A stretch of 13,769 nucleotides of DNA from an uncultured archaeon (lineage in GTDB: Archaea; Asgardarchaeota; Thorarchaeia; Thorarchaeales; Thorarchaeaceae): contig CAZPWM010000084.1 of NCBI GenBank assembly GCA_964590575.1, forward strand, positions 1 to 13,769, written 5' to 3'. The translations under genes and the position numbers were made by a program. Positions 8,133 through 13,769 of this stretch are shown here, in pieces. How positions within the stretch are numbered: position 1 is the stretch's first letter; every line of letters begins with the position of its first letter. The notes beneath the pieces were generated by a model. It was given only the letters and a program-made list of their open reading frames with translations. It was not told the origin of the DNA and ran no database searches.

Positions 8133-8244
8133 GTCGAACAACCACACTGCGACTCTGCTCACATCTGATAAAAAGCCATTGAAATACACAACTTCCATTG
8201 ACGAATAAAGTGGATAGATATTCGTCGGGGCTTATCCAGCAACC

Positions 8245-8406
8245 TCATAGGCTTCTTTGAGCTACGGCACTAGTTCCGAGTTGCTTCTTGAACCATTCAA
8301 CCCCGGTGCTCATTGTAATTTCATATGCACGAGGGTCGGAGAGGTTGTGGTCTGCACGCTCGACAATGACTAATTCTTTTGATTCACTCGTTAGGTCAAA
8401 CAATCT
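8245..8406 (-). pseudogene. Orphan 3' fragment of an alpha/beta hydrolase, paralogous to 10920-11708
   Basis: Translates RLFDLTSESKELVIVERADHNLSDPRAYEITMSTGVEWFKKQLGTSAVAQRSL*. The first 41 residues are 32/41 identical to the intact hydrolase C-terminus. An in-frame TAG lies just upstream (8416-8418) and the similarity stops there. Confidence 0.9.
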
Positions 8407-8516
8407 CGTTCTACGCTATCTCATCGCGATTCATTGTCATTTGGATTCCCACACCAAAATATCGATGAGAACCGAATGTGACTTAACTATAATAATCTTT
8501 GCAAAGAGCGGATTCT

Positions 8517-9827
8517 TTACGCCTGCAATGGGAGATACCGTTCGAAATCAAGCTTGTAAACTGATCCGACGGACTGGCCATCCTTGGATACGTTATCTAC
8601 TTTGAACTTCACTCCACATAGAATAGAAAGTCCCTTGATGAGGATAACACCTAATCCCATACCCGGAGCTGCTTGACTTGATAGTGATTCGGGGTTATTG
8701 AGGAATTCAAGTATATTAACAGGGAGTCCGCCTGCATCATCACTTATCTCAAGGCGCACCACGTTATCGTGACTTCCCGTTCCTAGAATACGAACAATCT
8801 GACTCTTATGTTTGAATGAATTGTCGATAATATTCCAGAACATCTCCTTTACGAGGCTATTTGTTAGAACAGTCAGTCCTTCCTCAACTGAAAGTGAGAT
8901 GGCATCTATTGCAAGACTGTATTCCCTTACCACACGTGTCTTGACTTCAATCAATAATTCATTCAGTCCGAGAGGCAATCTATCAGCTTCGAATCGAGAT
9001 ATCCCTGCAGAAACATTTCTGATTTCTTCGACGAACTCCGCCATACTTGAAATCGCTTCTGCTGAGAGATCTAACCAAAACTTTTGCCCAATGCCAGTAG
9101 TCTGCGCCTGGTCTATAGCCTCTCGAAGAGTCCAAACATAATTCCGGATGTCATGGTTGATAATACTCGCCATTAACTGGGTAAGTGTATTCTGCACCCT
9201 CAAGTCCTCAGAGGTTTCTCTGATGTAGACATTAAGCATCCCAGCTCCAATTGCTATGAGAGCGGTATTCAAGAGAATAATCTGCAGATTAAAGATATCC
9301 ACAAAGAAGTTGACTGGAGCAATTATCATGGTGACCCCCCAAAGAATTAAGCCAATAACAAGTGTCCAATGGTCAATATTCCTTGTTCTTGCGGTTTTCC
9401 TAAGCAGTATTGCCGAAGACCAACATGCATAAGCTGTGAATACTCCAACGGGTATGACAACGATTCTGAAAGACAGATCAAGTACTAGTCCCACAGGTAC
9501 GACTGAGAAACCAATTACATAAACTGCGGGATATATGAGTCTGTACAGACCGAGTCGTTTTTTGTTCTTCACACCATCTACTAATAGAAGAGCAGAAAGC
9601 ATGATTCCAGCTGAAGCTAATCCATCACTCAGAGTCAATCCCGATCCAGTTGTGGTCAAACCGATAGCTAACGAGGACACTGTAACAAGAATCCAAGCCA
9701 CTGACCATAGTCGATACCTTAAGCCTCTGGAGAATCTATACAAGCCTATCGCGATAATTGCCAAGAACGCAACTAAAATCTCAATTATGACCGATAGAAG
9801 AAGTATATCATCTAACCATATCTGCAT
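8517..9827 (-). CDS. Membrane sensor histidine kinase (~7 N-terminal TM, HisKA + HATPase_c)
   Basis: H-box IINHDIRN, N-box MFWNIIDNSFKH, G1 variant ISDDAGG and G2 GMGLG. The first ~200 aa are hydrophobic helices. Confidence 0.92.
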   Translation of the reverse strand: MQIWLDDILLLSVIIEILVAFLAIIAIGLYRFSRGLRYRLWSVAWILVTVSSLAIGLTTTGSGLTLSDGLASAGIMLSALLLVDGVKNKKRLGLYRLIYPAVYVIGFSVVPVGLVLDLSFRIVVIPVGVFTAYACWSSAILLRKTARTRNIDHWTLVIGLILWGVTMIIAPVNFFVDIFNLQIILLNTALIAIGAGMLNVYIRETSEDLRVQNTLTQLMASIINHDIRNYVWTLREAIDQAQTTGIGQKFWLDLSAEAISSMAEFVEEIRNVSAGISRFEADRLPLGLNELLIEVKTRVVREYSLAIDAISLSVEEGLTVLTNSLVKEMFWNIIDNSFKHKSQIVRILGTGSHDNVVRLEISDDAGGLPVNILEFLNNPESLSSQAAPGMGLGVILIKGLSILCGVKFKVDNVSKDGQSVGSVYKLDFERYLPLQA

Positions 9828-10007
9828 AGTCTTCTCAACTTTCTTGTACTTAATTAGATTGTATGATTATGTTACTTTCGAACTCGGCTTTTTTCAAACA
9901 TTTAGTTCATTAAGAACATTATTCGCCTAAACCCTTTCATTTGAAAAAATACCCACTGCTTGGCCATCATCATAATATTGCTACCGTTTTTTTAATCATG
10001 TAGAAAC

Positions 10008-10865
10008 ATGATTGAAGCTGAGTCTATTCCCTGATGGGATGAATGGATTCGACAGAGAGCTATTGTTGCATATGTAGGACTAGCCTATGGAATAACTTGG
10101 TCCCTTGCACTAATCATTGCGCTCTCATATCATGGACTCATTACCCTAGAAGTTCCCCTCGCACTGCATTACATCCTGCCTTATGGTCCATTGCTCTCAG
10201 CGTTGCTTGTTTCATGGGCATTAGGAGGTTCAATCAACCTACGAGAGATTCTTGGTCGAATGTCAAAATGGAGAGTCAGACCAGCTTGAATTGCAGTGGC
10301 GGTCTTATCCGTTTGGGTCATGTTTCTTCTGTCAAGCCTCATGCTTCTATTGACTGGACAAGGATGGCCAGACCTCAGTGTGTTTGGACAAGTCTTGTAC
10401 CTTCCATATCTCACCTTTGTTGGATCATGGCTCCTGTGGATCTTTATATATGGCATTGGAGAAGAAACTGGGTGGCGTGGATTCCTCTTGCCTCGTTTCC
10501 AGACCAAGTACAGTGCTCTGACTTCCAGCATTATTGTGAGTATCATCTGGGTGGGATGGCATGCTCCTATGTTCCTGTACAACGAGAACCTCATCACAAT
10601 GGGAGCGATTGGCACCGTCTTCTGGGTTGTGGGCTTGATGTTTGGTTCTGTGCTTCTGACCTGGTTATACAATAACACCAAGGGCAGTATCCTGATGACG
10701 GCCATCTGGCATGGAACATTCAATACATTCACAGCAGCAGCTGGACAGGCTGCAGCCATCACGTCAGTAATGATCAGCAGGTTTGTGATGATTTTGGTCG
10801 TACTAGTTTTGATTCTGTACAGACCAGAGAATCTTTCTCGGGAGTCAAGACAGAGTGTAAGTTGA
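10008..10865 (+). pseudogene. CPBP/Abi (CAAX prenyl protease Rce1-like) intramembrane protease interrupted by two in-frame TGA codons
   Basis: A single frame runs from ATG 10008 with TGA at 10032-10034 and 10287-10289. The hidden part has typical CPBP N-terminal features (LAYGITW, YGPLLSALLV, GRMSKWRV). The 10296-10865 portion retains GEETGWRG, WVGWH and WHGTFN. Confidence 0.82.
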
Positions 10866-10919
10866 TTTACAACCATCCTTCAGCGCGGGTTGATTAACAC
10901 TAGAATGCAGTTGCGATTC

Positions 10920-11708
10920 TTATCGAGCTGTGTTCCAGCATTTTTTGAACCAGTCAACACCGGTATTCATTGTGATCTCGTATGCGTAAGGGTCTGAAAG
11001 GTTATGGTCTGCACCCTCAACAATGACCAGTTCCTTTGGCTCACCTGCTAGCTCATACAATCGTTTGACACCTGCTAAGGGAACGCCAACATCATCAGTA
11101 CCGTGGACTATCAATAACGGTCTGGGAGAGATCTTTGATATCTCATTCATCGGATTGTGCACCTTGGCATCCTCGACCATTCTTCTCAGCATCTCCACTC
11201 GAATCTCCGGGTCATCAATGCCCCGTATCTGAGTAGGATCAGTCTCAGCTATAGAGTCAACAGCGGGGCGAATCATCGGAGATTGCGCAAACCAGAGTGT
11301 GTCAAAGATAGGAGCTCTCAGGCATAATGCACTACAACGTGAGTCCTCTGCAAGAGCACAGATTGCAACTGCTGCCCCCCAGCTTGCCGCGTAAATACCA
11401 GACCATGAATCAACAGTCAGGTCTGACTCTAGGAGGTGTGTGAGAGCCACCTTTGCATCCTTTATCTGACCAGAAAGAGTGAACAAACCATCACTCGTTC
11501 TGAACCCACGGAAGTCGAACGTGAGTACGACAAAACCTGCTTCAGCAAGCATTAGCGCAAGCCCCTCAACTTGGTCAGGTCCACCTGGAAGTCCGTGGAA
11601 CTTGCAGACACCTGGGAATGGACCTTCACCGGGAGGAACCACAAAGTTTCCTCTGATTGTTTCTCCATTTGATATGAACTCGGTTGAGATGATCTCCACA
11701 TCTGCCAT
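10920..11708 (-). CDS. Alpha/beta hydrolase (esterase/peptidase S9-like fold)
   Basis: HGLPG, FDFRG, nucleophile elbow YAASWGA, acid HGTDD and catalytic His in GADH. Confidence 0.92.
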   Translation of the reverse strand: MADVEIISTEFISNGETIRGNFVVPPGEGPFPGVCKFHGLPGGPDQVEGLALMLAEAGFVVLTFDFRGFRTSDGLFTLSGQIKDAKVALTHLLESDLTVDSWSGIYAASWGAAVAICALAEDSRCSALCLRAPIFDTLWFAQSPMIRPAVDSIAETDPTQIRGIDDPEIRVEMLRRMVEDAKVHNPMNEISKISPRPLLIVHGTDDVGVPLAGVKRLYELAGEPKELVIVEGADHNLSDPYAYEITMNTGVDWFKKCWNTAR

Positions 11709-11723
11709 GCTTCGTTCACGGAC

Positions 11724-12434
11724 CTATGAGCTAGATTCCTTTGCCCTTTGATACGCCTTGTTGTACCAGTCTCTGAGTTCTTTTTCAGATTCCAGTGGTT
11801 GGCTGATGACCTCCAGCGTGTCTTTAGACATCTTGCCCTCTTTGATGAGTTGGGCTCCAGCTTCCTTCGTTGCACTAAGAATTTCGTCTGCTTTCTCCTT
11901 GTACTTGTCCATGAGAAAAGCATGCGGCCTCAGAACAGCCCCCGAGAACTCAACATTTGCATCACTTGCCATATGTTCCGCAAATTGGACTAATAATCCC
12001 ATGTTCTCTTTCTCCCACCAACCCCCTGTTGAGACCAATACTATCTTCGATATCTTGACATCATCATGGAACTTCGCTCGCGTGCGGCCATCATGGAACT
12101 CCAGAATGGGCTCTACGAGTGGCATGAGCCTGTTCAACATGTTCTGTATCTCTCCTGGAAGTGGGAAGTAGATTGGTATAGCAAGTACAAGGATGTCAGC
12201 TTCTCGAAACTTTGGCAGGAGTATCTCCATATCATCAGTCTGGATGCATTTCCCTACCTTTTCATACCAGCATTGAAAATCACCCAAACAAGGTCTAATC
12301 TTCAGACGTTTAGCAAATACGGTCTCGACCTGTGCGCCTGCCCCTCTAATTCCCTCGAGGAATGCAGTCAACATTCTGTGCGTGTAACCCTTTTCCATGC
12401 GTGCACTACCATTGATTGCGAATACCTTTGTCAT
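11724..12434 (-). CDS. Flavodoxin-fold NAD(P)H-dependent FMN reductase / iron-sulfur flavoprotein (Isf/WrbA-like)
   Basis: FMN loop INGSARMEKGYT, Cys cluster CLGDFQCWYEKVGKC followed by DDM, and ADILVLAIPIYF. ATG 12434 is preceded by AGGTGG (12445-12440). The 15-nt gap to the hydrolase suggests co-transcription. Confidence 0.9.
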   Translation of the reverse strand: MTKVFAINGSARMEKGYTHRMLTAFLEGIRGAGAQVETVFAKRLKIRPCLGDFQCWYEKVGKCIQTDDMEILLPKFREADILVLAIPIYFPLPGEIQNMLNRLMPLVEPILEFHDGRTRAKFHDDVKISKIVLVSTGGWWEKENMGLLVQFAEHMASDANVEFSGAVLRPHAFLMDKYKEKADEILSATKEAGAQLIKEGKMSKDTLEVISQPLESEKELRDWYNKAYQRAKESSS

Positions 12435-12478
12435 GAATACCACCTTTTACAATGAAGTGTTTGTAGTTCATTTCAATA

Positions 12479-12931
12479 TTATTCACTATTGATGACTCTT
12501 TTATTTCCTAGGTTGAGGAGGGTATAGATCAGTAGAGGACTGTTGAGGAGTAATTGTGGAAAGACGTTGACATCGACTCTTCTATATGCGTTTCGCCAGA
12601 ATTCAATATGTGGAATAACAAACTCTGTGACAATAAAGTACTGAATCGCTGCTGTCAGGACAAGGAGGATCCATGCAAGCACCAGGTTGTATTTTCCACG
12701 TGTGATATTTGCAATATTGAATGTCTGTATCAAGCTGATGATAATCCATGCAAATCCAAACAATACTGCGACACTACTTGGAAAAACCAGGGGTTGGTCA
12801 ACAGGCCACACACCGATGAAGGACATCAAAGGTAAATTAGCGGGTTCTGTGAAGGTGTATGTAACAAGGACAATTGGAGAAACAATGAGGATTATCAGAC
12901 TGAGAATGACAAATACGTCATAGCGATTCAT
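12479..12931 (-). CDS. Hypothetical membrane protein (3-4 TM, 150 aa)
   Basis: Clean ORF with hydrophobic helices, co-oriented with its neighbours. No recognised motif. Confidence 0.75.
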   Translation of the reverse strand: MNRYDVFVILSLIILIVSPIVLVTYTFTEPANLPLMSFIGVWPVDQPLVFPSSVAVLFGFAWIIISLIQTFNIANITRGKYNLVLAWILLVLTAAIQYFIVTEFVIPHIEFWRNAYRRVDVNVFPQLLLNSPLLIYTLLNLGNKRVINSE

Positions 12932-13130
12932 TTGTAATTCCTTGGACTAAAATACTGATAATATTAGCCCATAGAGAGGAAATCCCTTATTGAAGAAACA
13001 TGAAAAACAGGTTCAAAGCACTGCGCCGCAGTTTTGTTTTCTGGGGATAAAACCCAAATTCAGACAGAAAGACCAAAGGATGTTGATTGCTCAGGTTTTA
13101 ACCAATCCCTTGTAGATAGCCTTCACAAAT

Positions 13131-13769
13131 TCAATCCTCTTCTAGCTCATCGTCGTCCAACTCTACGTGAAACTGACCTTTTCGTCTCACTATCACTGAA
13201 CATACCCCCTCACTAACAGGACTGATCAGAATGAGTTGGTTCTTGGAATCATGTTTAATTTCTGTATTTACAGTTTCTACCTCGAAACCATTGGGAAATT
13301 GGATTCTAGGAATATAGAGAACAGTGGGTGCTGAGATTGTGGAAGTCCCTTCAAACTTGATATGGAATGAACCACCCTTGAGGTCAAACTCCATGAAATG
13401 AGGGATTCCAGCGAGATGAAGAAACCTCGGCCGACAGAATCCCTCAAGTGCTCGTCCCCCACTGTCTAAATCAGTTGGGTCTGTTCTCTGGTCCTTACTG
13501 AAGATAGAAAAGTCCTCTAGGTTCCATTGGTCGCCCCATGTGTTATCGTTGTCCGGAGTGTAGTTCCAATGGATGGCGTGTAGTAGATTTTTGTCGAGGC
13601 TCTGATAATATGTGTTTAAGGCTTGAATGTGAGTTTTCCATGCACCCTCAGGATTCTTCTGAAACTCAGCATACGCTTTCTTCTTATCAAGGTCGAAGCA
13701 GAGATTGATCTCACCTATGACAGTAGGGGTTTCTCCTGTAATCCTCTTTGTGAAAAGTTTGAGCGCTTC
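13131..13769 (-). CDS. Glycoside hydrolase family 5, GH5_12-like (endoglycoceramidase-related/steryl-beta-glucosidase), 5'-truncated by the window edge
   Basis: The frame is open from 13769 to the stop at 13131 (212 aa visible; the ORF track shows only the last 87). It contains PTVIGE (nucleophile Glu), WNYTPDN...WGDQWNLEDFSIFS, GGRALEGFCRP and AGIPHFMEFDL, followed by a beta-sandwich C-domain (PTVLYIPRIQFPNG). Confidence 0.88.
   Translation of the reverse strand, partial: EALKLFTKRITGETPTVIGEINLCFDLDKKKAYAEFQKNPEGAWKTHIQALNTYYQSLDKNLLHAIHWNYTPDNDNTWGDQWNLEDFSIFSKDQRTDPTDLDSGGRALEGFCRPRFLHLAGIPHFMEFDLKGGSFHIKFEGTSTISAPTVLYIPRIQFPNGFEVETVNTEIKHDSKNQLILISPVSEGVCSVIVRRKGQFHVELDDDELEED

Noticed and set aside
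8419-8507. 8-bp inverted repeat TCTCATCG/CGATGAGA (8419-8426/8463-8470) and 12-bp palindrome TCTTTGCAAAGA (8496-8507) near the remnant boundary; partial match at 5699-5707
   Set aside because: Short enough to arise by chance, with no counterpart at the other end of the putative insert and no target-site duplication.
8288-8605. 105-aa plus-strand ORF
   Set aside because: It is antisense to the hydrolase remnant and overlaps the kinase 3' end; no protein-like features.
10032-10289. Selenocysteine or genome-wide UGA recoding to explain the in-frame TGA codons (also 7155)
   Set aside because: The positions correspond to Trp-like or non-catalytic sites rather than Cys, I could not identify a SECIS-like hairpin, and TGA ends other genes in the window.
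10043-10675. 210-aa plus-strand ORF, or a frameshift model for the CPBP gene
   Set aside because: It is an off-frame shadow with odd Cys/Trp/His-rich composition. The true N-terminus is in the same frame as 10296-10865, so no frameshift is needed.
13014-13041. Small GC hairpin ACTGC-GCC-GCAGT followed by a T-rich run (terminator-like)
   Set aside because: It is oriented for a plus-strand transcript while both flanking genes are on the minus strand, and the stem is weak.
1280-13462. Remaining short ORFs in the track (e.g. 1341-1574, 3300-3530, 8812-9141, 9535-9930, 10181-10876, 11758-12171, 12066-12455, 13034-13216, 13277-13462)
   Set aside because: They are antisense or off-frame shadows overlapping well-supported genes.

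Overview
Gene-dense, mixed-orientation window with no rRNA, tRNA, CRISPR array, integrase or transposase. It is probably archaeal, and the protein style is most reminiscent of Asgard/Thorarchaeota (inference from GGTGAT/GGTGG Shine-Dalgarno motifs, TTG/GTG starts and gene content; not verified). It encodes mostly membrane and envelope functions: a 7-TM internally duplicated membrane protein, two ICMT/PEMT-family methyltransferases, a TPR-like protein, YjbQ, a TMEM175 channel, a membrane-anchored C13 (legumain-like) peptidase, an MscS channel, an orphan 7-TM histidine kinase, a CPBP (Rce1/Abi) protease broken by two in-frame TGA codons, an alpha/beta hydrolase, a flavodoxin-fold Fe-S flavoprotein, a small membrane protein and the 3' part of a GH5_12-like glycosidase. 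The ORF track misses four things. (1) A highly structured ~190-nt element at the left edge has mutually exclusive pairings over a putative start codon. (2) A diverged orphan copy of the hydrolase 3' end lies 2.66 kb away from the intact copy and brackets the kinase + CPBP block like an insertion scar. (3) The CPBP gene has a hidden 5' third upstream of the annotated ORF. (4) A short membrane-gene remnant follows the C13 gene.
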